This document shows positions 12,271 to 24,024 of a DNA stretch of 64,000 nt, piece after piece (position 1 is the first letter of the stretch; each line of letters begins with the position of its first letter). Location: the NCBI GenBank assembly GCA_032718475.1, contig JAUCBJ010000678.1, forward strand, positions 1 through 64,000, read 5' to 3'. The notes under the pieces were generated by a model, which was not told where the DNA came from, ran no database searches, and saw only the letters and a program-made list of their open reading frames with translations. The stretch comes from Nemertoderma westbladi (lineage: Eukaryota; Animalia; Xenacoelomorpha). Position numbers and translations under genes: made by a program.

Positions 12271-13640
12271 CAAGTGCCTTCCAGAATGTCACGTTATTAT
12301 TATGTATCCCTGGATACTAGCAGTGTGCTATTTATTCCGTATGCTATTCAATGGGGCAAGCTTTCTATTGTTCTTTTAACTCGCTTCTAATTCTAGCGTG
12401 GTTGTTGCTATGGTGACATTATGGAAAGCTAGCAGTAGAATTAGGGTAATTCTCATGCATACAGATCTGGGATGCTATTTAATAGTAATTCTTTAATTGT
12501 CAATATTCCCCTTTATACATGATTTTATGGATTTTATCGGCTATTGACTATACATTGGAGATTCTCGCACACTAATATACTTAATAGAGTGAATCTCCGC
12601 TCCCATGATCTATTAATTAATGGAATTTTGGGAATGTTATAAATTGTATAAAATGACAATTTATCAAATTCATGAGAGGATATGAATTTAAATTTATTCC
12701 CGTAAATTTTATTATTTAATATTAAAATAGACACAATTTTATTCCAGAGCATGTCTACTAGGATCCTTAATTCTAGGAAATTTGTCTTTTTAAGAGTATC
12801 GGTAAGTGCTACGATATCTTAATCGACTAGAATTTTAAAGGATCTGAATTTTAACAGATTTTTGATTTATAGATTTTCTTGGTTTACAAACTCCTTAGAG
12901 TTTATTTGTCAGCTTTTTACTCTATTATAACATTTGTTTTAATAGATTTTTATAAATATTAAATATTTAATATTTAAGATGGGCACCGATTTATTCCAGA
13001 ACTTGTCTGGGGATGTTAACCACTGATTCTAGAATTTTGTCTTTCAAGTATATCGGTGGGTGCCGCGATGTCTTAATCGACTAGAATTACAGATGGTCAA
13101 AGGGTTTAACAGATTTATTTTGCGTTTTACGCTACTGTTAAATGGACATCACTCTACTATATGTATTATTTAATATACGGTATGAGAGCAATATTGCAAG
13201 AAGCAATGTCAGTGAGAAGAGGCAAGTCGTTTCCAAGGTCTACCCAGAGCTTTTTGCCGAGACACGAGGATCTGAACTTTGCATTCCTAATACTCTACTT
13301 ACCAATAATACTTAAGTATAGTAGGAGCTTTATTGTACTTTAATAAGTACGGACATTTCATCTTACTGTAGTCACGTGTTTATAATATGATACGGACAGT
13401 AAGGAAAGAGTAAAATAATTATTTCTTGCCGTTGCACTAAATATATAATGTTAAGTAATTAAGTAATAAACACGAATATATATATTGCACTAATCTACTA
13501 AATAATCGCTAAAATAACATTCTACTAAATAAAATTAAAGAAAACGATTATAATAAAATTACATAATAATACATACATAAATATAAAAATAATAAAAACA
13601 AATATAAAATAATGTAGTCACACACCCACTCCGTACACTG

Positions 13641-15131
13641 TTACGTTGGGGAGTCCCTAGATGTTTGTTGGATTAGGGAAGTGGTCGTGGGAAGAGTATC
13701 TTGCCTTCCATAGTTTCCGGATAGCTCTCTGTCTCTTTCCAGTAAACATAAACGACCAATTGGGCGATTGAGTTTCTGTGTTTTGAATACAATTCCAGGT
13801 TTCTTAAAGTTACGTCGCATGACGACGAGTTCTACCGATCGCACAAAACCATCATCGGATATATGAGTCTCGATGATACGACCTGTCTGCCACCGCTTAC
13901 GTGGAAGATCTGATTCCACAATAAGGACCATGTCTCCGGCGCTGACGTTTTCTTGCTGCTCAAACCACTTGGTTCGAAGTTGTAGCGTAGGCAAATAATG
14001 CTTTTTGAAATGGTCAGCGAAATGGCGGGATAATAACTGCATGAGTTGCCAAGTTTGTCGGCAGTATTCGTCTCCGTCCGTGATTTCCGATTGTGGGAGC
14101 ATGGCTACAGGTTTCTTCAGTAGGAAATGAGCCGGTGTTAGCGCTTCTAGGGAGTCGGGACTCGATGAGACTGGCATAAGCGGTCTCTCGTTAAGATAAG
14201 CGGTGATTTCTTCCATTAACGTCCGCAAAAGTTCGTCGGTGAGATACGCGCGGCACGGCACTATAAAGTGAAATGCGGTCTTCACGCTCCTTATTAATCT
14301 CTCCCAACTTCCTCCCCACCAAGGGGCGTCGGCGGCATTGAAGGTCCAGCTAGATGCTGTTACCCTTAGCTGATCGTCCACCTGTCTTTGGTTCCAATCT
14401 TTAACGTAAGCTTTGATCTCATTATTGGCGCCAATGAAGTTCGTTCCCTTATCAGATCTCATCGTGTTGCTAGTTCCAAAGTGAGCGATCTGTCGGCGTA
14501 AACTCAGTATGAAGATGTTGGTAGATAGATCGTTCACCATATCTAGATGGATCGCTCTACAAGTCATACAGACAAAGATGACACACCATCGCTTGACTAT
14601 AGTCCTAGCACAATATACTTCAATAGGGCCAAATAAATCCACACCGGTATTAGTAAAGGGTGGTTCATAGAAGCTTACTCGTTCCCTAGGTAATTCTGCC
14701 CCTCGCTGTGTCAAAGGCCTACTGAATGCTTTCCTACAGGGTATACAGTTCCTAAGAACTTGGTTCAGAGCTGTACGGGGTTTATGGAAATAATAGCGAG
14801 TTCGAATTTCGCTCAGAACTCGTTCTCTACCAGCATGGTAAAGCCTACTGTGAACATCTACAATCATCTTGATTTGTATTTCAAGATTTCTAATGAGTAT
14901 AAGAAACTTAGTGTCAAAGGATAATGGAGCATTAGTTAGTCTCCCTCCAACACGTATTAACCCATCTATCATTGTGCTAGAGAAACGATCCCTTAAGCGC
15001 ATCTGTGGATTTCTCAACAACAGGAAATACTTATCGGAATCTTCATAGCATTGCAGGAGTCTCAGTATCTGCTTATTGGTTTCTTTATGCTCCTGGTAAC
15101 TGATCTTCTCCGTCAGAAACCTATCCGACAC
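13641..15131 (-). CDS. BEL/Pao integrase (HHCC, DDE core, DUF5641-like tail)
   Basis: GLIRVGGRL, H-x4-H...CIPC, GVDLFGP, SDKGTNF, APWWGGSWERLI, LTPAHFL, YLPTLQLRTKW. Confidence 0.92.
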   Translation of the reverse strand: MSDRFLTEKISYQEHKETNKQILRLLQCYEDSDKYFLLLRNPQMRLRDRFSSTMIDGLIRVGGRLTNAPLSFDTKFLILIRNLEIQIKMIVDVHSRLYHAGRERVLSEIRTRYYFHKPRTALNQVLRNCIPCRKAFSRPLTQRGAELPRERVSFYEPPFTNTGVDLFGPIEVYCARTIVKRWCVIFVCMTCRAIHLDMVNDLSTNIFILSLRRQIAHFGTSNTMRSDKGTNFIGANNEIKAYVKDWNQRQVDDQLRVTASSWTFNAADAPWWGGSWERLIRSVKTAFHFIVPCRAYLTDELLRTLMEEITAYLNERPLMPVSSSPDSLEALTPAHFLLKKPVAMLPQSEITDGDEYCRQTWQLMQLLSRHFADHFKKHYLPTLQLRTKWFEQQENVSAGDMVLIVESDLPRKRWQTGRIIETHISDDGFVRSVELVVMRRNFKKPGIVFKTQKLNRPIGRLCLLERDRELSGNYGRQDTLPTTTSLIQQTSRDSPT

Positions 15132-15342
15132 TTTGTATTTGGGAAGATCTTTAATAGCATGGACCTTGCTCGGATGTCAGTGGAGCGGTATCACTAGCGA
15201 TCTTCGTCCTGGAATAGTGATGATGGAAGCATCGCTTCAAATACACGACGGCCTTACAAAGCTGATTCCAGGAGCTATAGTGATTTATTGCTCTCTGCAG
15301 GAGAGGTGAGAGTCCCTGCGAGAGGTCTGGTGTTCCAGATTT

Positions 15343-16299
15343 CTAGTCTCTTTCTCTGATTTCTATAACAGATCTGTTCGTGGTGGGGGAGTTTAGATCC
15401 ACAGCGTCGTCCCTGGAAATGTGTAGTACAGACAGATCTATCACAGGTTTAAATAACTTTGATTTACTCGTCCGGGTTTTAGGTTTGACTTTCTCTGCTC
15501 CCTTGGCTTGTCTGATCTCAGCCGTGGTAAGATGAGGAGGCCATTCATCCTCTTCTTTACTTAGGAAGTCGGGTCCACCTAACCAGTCTGGAGTATCTAT
15601 CAGCTCTTGAGGAGTTGCTCCTCTGGAGGCGATGTCGGCTGTTTTAATCGTCCCAGGGCAATGTCTCCATTGATCTACCGTAGAGCGACTAAGTATAATG
15701 GCTACTCTGTTGGTAACGAAGACGCTGATCTGACAGACTTCATTGGTTATATACTCCAAAACGAGTAAAGCATCGGTCCAATAGACAGTTTTCTCCAGTG
15801 GATAGTCGATCTGTTCGGTTACATTCCGGCCGATGGCTGTAGCGTATAGAGCCGCCTTTAACTCCGCTCGAGGAACTCGTAGTTTGTTGTTTAGGCCAAG
15901 GCAAGGCAACTTTAATTCCATCTGGAGTTTCAACCCCCAGGTAGGCTACTATACCTATTCCCATATCGCTGGCATCTCCAAACACATGGAGTTGATAGGA
16001 ATACGTGGGGAGAACGTGACCAAAATATGAATGGGAAATCGTAAAGTTCTCAATGGATGGTAGAGAATCTTCCCACTTCATCCACTTCTTGAGTAGTTCT
16101 CCCTTAAGTGGATCATCCCACGAGTGGTTTTCAAGCCACATTTGTTGCACTAAGCTCCGAGCAATCAATATAACTGGGCTAATAAATCCCAATGGATCGA
16201 AATAAGTGCTCAGGATACTTAGACAAATCCGTTTAGTTCTAACTGGATTATCTCGCTGTTTTAACTGGAAAAACAAGATATCTCTCTCCGTGTCCCATT
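15343..16299 (-). pseudogene. BEL/Pao RT thumb and RNase H region, frameshifted
   Basis: TKRICLSILSTYFDPLGFISPV, LHVFGDASD, VPRAELKAA, YWTDA, FVTNRV, ADIASRG across two frames. Confidence 0.85.
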
Positions 16300-17590
16300 T
16301 CCAAACATTCCCAGAACCCGTCGTAACTCAGTATAGCTACGTGGTTCTGGCATATCGACAAGGGATTTAACTCGTTCAGGTGGAGGTAAAATACTGTCGG
16401 CCGTCACTAAGAATCCAAGAAATAAGATTGATGGTTGTACCCATTGGCACTTGGCAAAGTTTATTTGCAGGTTGTGCTGAGTTAAACGTTCAAATACCTT
16501 TCTTAGGTGAATGTAATGAGTTGATATATCCTTAGAGTGTATCATAATATCATCGAGAAAAGGAAATACAAATTCCAAATCTCCGAGTACTTCATGTATA
16601 TCCCTTTGAAAAGTTTGTGCAGTATTTTTAAGACCATAGGGCATCCGTAAAAATTCAAAGAGACCAAAAGGGGTTGTAATAGCTGTCTTTGGAATATCTT
16701 CCTCTGCCACAGGAATTTGATGATATGCTTTAACGAGATCAATGGAGCTGAAAACTGTCGAACCTTTCAGTTTGCTATTAAAATGCTGTATGTGCGGCAG
16801 CGGATATTTATCACTTTGTGTAATGCGGTTCAAAGCTCTATAGTCTCCACATGGACGCCAATTATCAGTACTTCCCACCTTTGGTACCATATGTAATGGT
16901 GACGCCCAGGGACTACTTGAAGGGCATATTATACCACGAGAACGCATATCCGCGAAAACTTGTTGAGCTATTAGTAGTTTGGTCCCACTAAGTTGACGTG
17001 GCTTTGCGTATGTGGGTTGGCATTGGTTGGTGATAATTCGATGCACTGTATTGTGTGGAGGTGTGTCGGTATGAATAATATCATAATCAAATAACTTAGA
17101 ATGTTCTTTGAAAAGACTGGATAATGTTGAATCAGGGTGGTCGATTTCCACTTTGAATATAGATAGACTTTTCGATGTTGTTGGATTGAGATTGCATTTC
17201 AGTTTTGTATAATTATCCACGATTAGTTTATTTTTGCAGTCCAATAGCATGTCATAATTTGATAAGAAATCCAATCCCAAAATGTTTTCTTCAACGTCGG
17301 CAACATAAAATATCCACGGAAATTCTCGTCGGAGGAAATTAATTCGGACATGAACTTTTCCGTGGACATTTATGTTATTGCCTGAAATTGCTGTGAGTTT
17401 TGCATCCGTATTGTCCCATAGTAAGCTTCTAATAAACGAGGAAGGTTTTAGTATGGATACTTGTGAGCCGGTGTCTATAAGAAAAGATAAGGATTGGTGG
17501 CTGTTGTTTATATGGTTTATTGCTGCGGTTAATTTGAAAACGGCAGCTCCCTCAGAACTAGCAGCAAATGTTCTGAGGGCAGTTAGTTTT
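16300..17590 (-). CDS. Gypsy pol (protease and RT), -1 frame relative to gag, truncated
   Basis: Frame is open from about 17590: [66 protein letters not shown]. Confidence 0.9.
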
Positions 17591-18440
17591 CCTGCCCCTG
17601 GGTATCAGGAGAAGGAGATGTCGAGCGCGATGCAGGGCGTGAGTTTGGTCGGGAAGATGGTTGCATTCGACGCGGTTTTTCTCCCGGCCAAAGACACCAT
17701 GGCGTGCATGTATTCGCTTTTGATCCATAATATACATGGTATCGGCAGATTTTTGGACGTTGCCCTTCGCTGAACGGGAATATAGCTCCGACTTTTGAGG
17801 TAGAAGTGACAGGATAGGGTGATCTTGCTCTGTAAGTGTTGCTAACATCTCTGTAAATATCACCACTGGTATTAACATAGTTTGGGTGTTGAACTCTGGC
17901 GGCATCATATGATGTACTTGGTTGAGGGATTCCACTTGTAAATTGGAGGATGGTGTCCGCCAGTGTTGCGAAATCTTCGGGTGGTAGACCCTGATGAGCA
18001 ATCAAAGCAGAACGCACCGATACTGGAAGTGCTTGTAAGAGTTTGTGCCGAACTAGGTCGTCATCCGCTGTTAAGTTACATTCTCGTAATTTTCTTTTTA
18101 TACGCAGATACACTAAGGAGGGCTTTTGGCCGTCTAAAGTTACCTGTCCAAGGGCTTCCTCCAATAATTCTGTTTTCGATTTCTGATAGAGTTGGAGAAT
18201 GGTAGATTTAATATCGTCATATGATTGAATGTCCGTGGAAATGTTTAAAGCGACATCTTCTGGCAAATTCGCCATAACGTGGTGAAATTTGGTTACCTCG
18301 CTTGTAATGTTGGCTAATGTAAAGTGGGATTCCAACATTCTGAACCAAACGCTGGGGTTAGAACGGAAGAACACCGGGGGTTTAACGGAAACGCGAGCGA
18401 TGTTTACAGCGTTACCAACATTTTCGCCGTCACCATCCAT
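17583..18440 (-). CDS. Gypsy Gag
   Basis: [21 protein letters not shown]-terminal motif; [18 protein letters not shown] (C-x2-H-x9-C-x3-C); ends in GGAAAACTAA, a candidate frameshift site. Confidence 0.88.
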   Translation of the reverse strand: MDGDGENVGNAVNIARVSVKPPVFFRSNPSVWFRMLESHFTLANITSEVTKFHHVMANLPEDVALNISTDIQSYDDIKSTILQLYQKSKTELLEEALGQVTLDGQKPSLVYLRIKRKLRECNLTADDDLVRHKLLQALPVSVRSALIAHQGLPPEDFATLADTILQFTSGIPQPSTSYDAARVQHPNYVNTSGDIYRDVSNTYRARSPYPVTSTSKVGAIFPFSEGQRPKICRYHVYYGSKANTCTPWCLWPGEKPRRMQPSSRPNSRPASRSTSPSPDTQGQEN

Positions 18441-18522
18441 GATGTATTCGATAAGAGGTAATCAGTGACTGAGTTTCGAGAGAGTTTTTCCCATCTGGAG
18501 TTGAAGGTAGTAGTAATAAGGT

Positions 18523-18540
18523 CCAAGATCCGGGTCACCA
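18523..18540 (-). other. Primer binding site, tRNA-Trp-like
   Basis: TGGTGACCCGG one base after the LTR-terminal CA. Confidence 0.75.
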
Positions 18541-18541
18541 A

Positions 18542-18996
18542 TGTAAAGGTTTGGACGTAGTCTTCGTTATGATGAAAATATTATAGTTTTGGTTCTGGTT
18601 TTTAATGTCTAACTTTCAACTAATAATTACGGTCTCCAAATATAACTTTACCGGTAATTAAATCTATTCTATTTCTCTTTCTCTCTCTCTCTCTCTAATG
18701 AAAGTTACATGAAGTATTTAAGCAAGCTAGTGTTAGTGGTTTCTTGCAGCAGACATGTGAGATGTTAATCTGATAAATATCTGTTTAATTGACATCTACT
18801 GTATAAGGGCTATTATTGGGACTACATCTGTTTTGCACATGAAATCAACATGCTGTATCTTAAGTAAATAAATAAGGTGTTTTGCTTTGTAGAAAGATAG
18901 GTAAAATGTCTCGACTAACAATTTTATGAAAATACTAAATTTGATTTTGTGATTAAATTATTTCTAAGCTTCCTTGACTATTCGGCATGCACTACA
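18542..18996 (-). repeat. Gypsy 5' LTR (455 bp)
   Basis: Starts TGTAGTG exactly where BEL RT homology stops; ends TTTACA before the PBS. Confidence 0.8.
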
Positions 18997-20433
18997 GATC
19001 GTCCTTGATGAGGTCCAGATCTTTAACACCTCGGTCTTCTACCGGGATCGATTCCAGAAACTCACGGGAGTACTAGTGAATTTGGTTAGTCGAAATCCAC
19101 CGCGTCGCAAACACTCTACCGTTCCCTTGGCAACATCAATGGCTTCTTCCACCGATGGGAGGGACTTTAAATTGTCGTCCATGTATATATCCCGTTTGAT
19201 GTTGTCGATAACCGCTTTAGAGAAGGCGTCTTGGTTGTCATCAGCAGTGGTACGCACTACTGAACAAGCGTTCGAGGGGCTCGAGATGATCCTAAAAGCC
19301 TGGATGGTCATCCAGTACTCCACCGGTTTTAGGTTGATATCTCCTTCAGGCCACCACAGAAATCGTAGGCTGTCTCGATCCCTATCCAGCGCCTTGACTT
19401 GTAAGAACATGCCTTCTATATCCGAAGCGAAAGCGATAGAATATTGCCGTAATCTTAATAGTATTCCCAACAAGGATTGGAGTAAGTTGGGTCCCGGCAA
19501 CAATTCGGAATTCAGGGATTGGCCCATGTAAAGGGCGGAGCCGTCGAACACTACCCGGACTTCATTTGGTTTACCGGGTTTGGGAACGTAATGATGTGTT
19601 AGATAATACGTTCTCTCGGTTATGGGTGTTTCTTCCGGTACTCGATCCGCGTATCCCTTATCGATAAATTTCTTCAGCTGGATTTTATACATTTCCCGAG
19701 CTGAAGCATTGGCCGTAAGACGCCGATGTAGTTGCGCGATTCTCTTTTCCGCTAAGGGTCAGTTATTTATAAAGTTGGGTTCTCGCCATCGGAACGGAAG
19801 ACCAATCTCATAGCGCCCTTGATCTTTGAGAAAACGGGTAGTCGTTTCCTGAATCTGCTTGGCTCTCTCTTCCTCGACGGACAAGGCCTTGTCGTAGGAA
19901 TTAGGCTCTACGGCTTCTTGAGTAAAGAATCGTACTGTGTGTTCATTGCGAATCTTGTTATTGTATCGATCTATCACCTCGTTTAATTCGTCGTTGTAGG
20001 TAAATTGTCTGCCATGATTGATGAGATGGCATAGGTTTACTTGGTTTAACCAAGCGTCATTTTCGGTGAGGAGGTCGATTGTATTTTCCTCGTCATATAA
20101 TTGGTTAATATCGTCATTATCTGAGGAGTATGGTGTTCCCTCAGTTGTGGTTTCTCCGTCACTGATTTCTTCTTCCCATTCACTCACCTGATATATCCTT
20201 TCTTGAGGGAGTCTTTCCATCATTGTTATACGGGAAGGTCCAGTGAAGTACCAACCTACTCTCGTTCTTCCCGCGTATGTTTGTAATGGTTGCGGTCGAG
20301 CAGGCCATTTTTCTAATGTCTCAAGCGCCTCATGCGCATTTTGGCCGATTAATATCTGCACCCCTGGGTAGTCGGTGTTGAATCTAGGGATATCATGCTG
20401 CTGGGTAAAGTGGTCTTCATCCCAGTTATAAGG
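18997..20433 (-). pseudogene. BEL/Pao protease tail and reverse transcriptase, frameshifted
   Basis: GRYEIGLPFR, YYLTHHYV, VRVVFDGSA, SLNSELLPGPNL, DIEGMFLQV, DIYMDD. Confidence 0.88.
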
Positions 20434-23400
20434 TTACACTTGACTAGCAGCAAAGTTCTTTATCGCCACCATTTTTACTGACCTTATGCTATGTTCTCCT
20501 AGTTTATCCTGGGGAGTGGACAACGTGCCTACATAGTAATCTGTGGCTACTGTGGATTTGCAAACCTGCATAATTCCTGAAAGGTTCAACTTAGTTCGGA
20601 ACTTGGGTTGTCCAGCAAAGATGTCTTCGGCTAGTTCTTTGTCGATGAATGTACCTGTGCTGCCGGAGTCAAGGAGGGCGTTTACTATGAGACTCTTCCC
20701 TACACCGTGGACTCTCAGTTGCACCACAGGAAATCCCGGTTGCCGGTCCAGAATAGTCTGTTTAGGCTCTTCATTATCGGTTTCAGTCTCATACATAAGC
20801 GCTCGATACACCGCGGTGTTTATCAGATAACAGGATTCGTTTTCATCGGAGAATTCGTCCGTGTAGAATCCTTCCATCTCAGAGCTGTGGTCAGTGTCGT
20901 TCACATCACTGAATTGGACATGTAGTTCGGGCTCACTTACCTGACTCGTGCGGGTTCTGTCAAATTCTGTGTGCAGCAAGATATGATGTTTCGCGCCGCA
21001 CTTAGCACACCTCGCGTCTGAGTAACAGGTCCGCCATTGGTGTCCTTGTCTGAGACAATTATAACACAACCGCTTATCCCACATGACATCACGTCTATCC
21101 TTTAGGGACTTCTTCAAGAATTCATCACATCCACTCAAGCGATGTGGCCCGTCGCATAATGCACATTTAGGTTTGATGTTACTTACTTTAACCTGTGTGG
21201 TGTTGTGCACACTTGTTCTTTCCTCGGGCTTTCTTCCATGAATTCTCTTAGGAGACGTAGGAGGAATTGTTACCTGTTCTCTCCTGTCACTGGTTCGAGA
21301 CTTAGATTTACTTACGTCTTTCCTCGGTTTGTTGACATAATAAGATCTTTCGGTGTCTTTCCCGCTATTCTCATCATAAGACATCGTCTGACTCCCACAA
21401 TCCGTATAACACACTGGTGTCACCTCTCTCCTAGTAACGGGTTTTTCACTTACCTCACTTTCTGGAGTCTTCTCTCTAGACTGTTTTAGGAGTTGTAATC
21501 TTACCTCTCTGTTTAAGAATGACAGAAGGTCCATCATGGTTGGATCTCTATGTTGTTGGTCCATCAAATAGAGAACCTTTTTGTCCCAGCGAGTACCTAC
21601 TCCACCCTTTGGCAAAGTTGATGCTAAGGCTCCTACAACCATAGAATTCTGGTATTCATGAGACTTACCCAACCAGTCTAACTGTCTACAGATCTCCTGA
21701 ATCTCATCGGAAAACTCTATAATCCCGCTGCTAAGAAACTTTCGGGGCGCCATTAATTTCGCATACAAATACCTAGCTATGTTAGTCCTATTACCATACC
21801 TGATGTTTAGTGTATCCCAAACTTGTCTTAATCCATCTGGATGTCCAATAAACTTTAACGCCATTAACTTGGGAGGTCCTTCCAAGCACTCGATGAGGAA
21901 TCTAAGTTTCTCTCCGTTGGATAATACAGAGTTCTGTATGTTATCTTTATAATATTCATTAAAAGGTAACCATTTCATCTCATCTCCATTGAACTTGACG
22001 ATCTCTCCCACCTTTACCGCTTGACGGGCTTTGGTTCTAGCCATTTGACGCGTAAAACTTTCTTGGGCCATCGTATTATTTAATATCGAGTTATCGGTAT
22101 GTAAATTTCTCGGATTATGATCAGGTCTATATGGAATATCATTATCAACAGGTTTATAATTACCCTTAATAGGGTTTACTATAGGAGTTTCTACTTCACT
22201 AGCAGTATAGATGCGTGTAGGCTCCACACCTTGCGCATGAAATACTTCAGAGCTAACAGGTTGACACATTGTTACAGGGGGTGGTGGTATACCCTTTTGT
22301 ATATTTACTAATTTGTCTCGTTCTAAAGCGATACTCCGCTGCACTTCTTGCAACTCTAACCTACTCTCTCTTACTGTTCCCTTTAACTGCTGAACAGTCC
22401 CTTCCAACTCCCGGACCTGCTGGGAAGAACGTATTTTTTGTTCCTCCAGTTGCCCGAGCAGGAGATCTATCCCCCGCCATCCCCCGTCTACCCACTCGAC
22501 CGCCGAAGCGGGAGCCGCCAACATAGTAGCGGGCTGACATGTAGGGACGACGGGCAACAAATCGTTGATGTCTTGCTCGGCGTCCAGGACCGGGAGTGAT
22601 TCAGGGGCTGTTCTACTGGGCACAGGTAGATTAGTACTGTGCAAAGGGAATTTAGAGTTAGGTTCTGGAAGTACAGGTGTCTCTATCATAGAGGGAGTGG
22701 CTTCGAGAACAGGCCTAATTATTTCAGGCTCATCTACTATAGTAGGGAGTCTTTCTACTCTAATAATTTGGTCTGTGGGCTCAGGATTACTTAAATCTAC
22801 ACTAGCTATTTGCCTTCTCACAGCTGGAGGCAAATCGGGTAATTTCTGCCGGTGTGGCGCTCTTCTACGTCCGCTGGAACGAGATTTATTTCCTCTACCT
22901 TCAGGATCTGTTGTATCACCTTCATCAGATGATGTAAATCCCTGTCTCCTGGGAGTAGATCGACTTAGTAGATGCATCTGAGTAGCTGTTCTCTGTTTAT
23001 TTAAGTAATCTTGCTTCGCTTGAAGATTTTCAAACTCTAGTTGGGTTGTCTCTTCAGATGCCCGTCTTTCTGCTTTAGCCACGGCCGCTTTTCTTTCAGC
23101 CTCTGCTGCTTTCCTTTCAGATTCTGCTGCGGCCACTGACCTTCGGTCTTCTATTTGCTTTTTCTTTAGCTGCTCTTCTTGGTCCATAGCGATGAGGATG
23201 CTTTCATCAAATTTAGCCTGCTCCGCAGCTAATATTTCCGCATCTAATGAGTCCAACACAAATTTGGCTCCCTCACTATTACGATGAAGTCCAGCTAGCC
23301 GTCTCCTTAACTCTTTGTCACCTATAAATCGTTGATAGTCCGACAGATAGATGTTAATAGCATCCTTCTTCTGAGGTTTCTCGGATGTAACTTCGCCTTC

Positions 23401-24024
23401 CACCTGAGAAAAGGTAGCGTCTGTTGATTCTCCATGGGTCATGCGCTCGGTTAGCTGAGCTTTCCATTGTGTCGTCCCCTGGACTTTAAGACTCACCCGT
23501 TGGAACCAAGTTTTTACGGCCACTTGCAACGACGTGTCTTGGCTTCTCTTCGAAGCTTCTTTAAAGGCCGAAAGGATTAGTCTGATCCGTAAAATTCGTT
23601 CTCGCACTTGATAAAGCAGCTCTCCCTGCTCTTGAGGTCCTTGTCGTTGTTGAAATAGGTGTTCTTCTAATCGCTCCAAAGAACTTAAGAATCCCTGGAC
23701 ATATCCTGCTGCCGACCTCTTCCACACAGCTGGATCTCGAGTGTCTTTTACTACTCCCATCCTGTATAAGTCCTCCCAGGCAGCTTCCGATAAGTTAAAC
23801 GGGAGTCCGGGTCCGGGGAAGTTCCATTGCATCTCGACAATAGACTTCAGTTCCTCCATCGTGTATCCCACATAACTGTCCCTGGTCGATCGCTTACTTC
23901 TCGCCCAATCGATTTGATGTTCTTCCACAGCGATCAACACTCTAGTGAGTATGGCTCCAGGAAGAATTAGAAGTGGGTCTGGATAAACCGCTTCTGCCAT
24001 CCTTGCTCCGATCTCGGGTGTCAA
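20434..24024 (-). CDS. BEL/Pao Gag-protease of element B
   Basis: 1196-aa ORF with three zinc knuckles and ALLDSGS; homology to the A gag continues to about 24320. Confidence 0.88.
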   Translation of the reverse strand: MTPEIGARMAEAVYPDPLLILPGAILTRVLIAVEEHQIDWARSKRSTRDSYVGYTMEELKSIVEMQWNFPGPGLPFNLSEAAWEDLYRMGVVKDTRDPAVWKRSAAGYVQGFLSSLERLEEHLFQQRQGPQEQGELLYQVRERILRIRLILSAFKEASKRSQDTSLQVAVKTWFQRVSLKVQGTTQWKAQLTERMTHGESTDATFSQVEGEVTSEKPQKKDAINIYLSDYQRFIGDKELRRRLAGLHRNSEGAKFVLDSLDAEILAAEQAKFDESILIAMDQEEQLKKKQIEDRRSVAAAESERKAAEAERKAAVAKAERRASEETTQLEFENLQAKQDYLNKQRTATQMHLLSRSTPRRQGFTSSDEGDTTDPEGRGNKSRSSGRRRAPHRQKLPDLPPAVRRQIASVDLSNPEPTDQIIRVERLPTIVDEPEIIRPVLEATPSMIETPVLPEPNSKFPLHSTNLPVPSRTAPESLPVLDAEQDINDLLPVVPTCQPATMLAAPASAVEWVDGGWRGIDLLLGQLEEQKIRSSQQVRELEGTVQQLKGTVRESRLELQEVQRSIALERDKLVNIQKGIPPPPVTMCQPVSSEVFHAQGVEPTRIYTASEVETPIVNPIKGNYKPVDNDIPYRPDHNPRNLHTDNSILNNTMAQESFTRQMARTKARQAVKVGEIVKFNGDEMKWLPFNEYYKDNIQNSVLSNGEKLRFLIECLEGPPKLMALKFIGHPDGLRQVWDTLNIRYGNRTNIARYLYAKLMAPRKFLSSGIIEFSDEIQEICRQLDWLGKSHEYQNSMVVGALASTLPKGGVGTRWDKKVLYLMDQQHRDPTMMDLLSFLNREVRLQLLKQSREKTPESEVSEKPVTRREVTPVCYTDCGSQTMSYDENSGKDTERSYYVNKPRKDVSKSKSRTSDRREQVTIPPTSPKRIHGRKPEERTSVHNTTQVKVSNIKPKCALCDGPHRLSGCDEFLKKSLKDRRDVMWDKRLCYNCLRQGHQWRTCYSDARCAKCGAKHHILLHTEFDRTRTSQVSEPELHVQFSDVNDTDHSSEMEGFYTDEFSDENESCYLINTAVYRALMYETETDNEEPKQTILDRQPGFPVVQLRVHGVGKSLIVNALLDSGSTGTFIDKELAEDIFAGQPKFRTKLNLSGIMQVCKSTVATDYYVGTLSTPQDKLGEHSIRSVKMVAIKNFAASQV

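Larger units (their letters stand above)
16300..18996 (-). mobile_element. Ty3/Gypsy element of the CsRN1/Kabuki type nested in element B RT, 3'-truncated
   Basis: TG..CA LTR, tRNA-Trp-like PBS, Gag with CHCC motif, protease and RT; RNaseH, integrase and 3' LTR missing. Confidence 0.88.

Noticed and set aside
17372-22981. Plus-strand ORFs overlapping retroelement genes
   Set aside because: Antisense shadows of gag/pol frames with no independent motifs.
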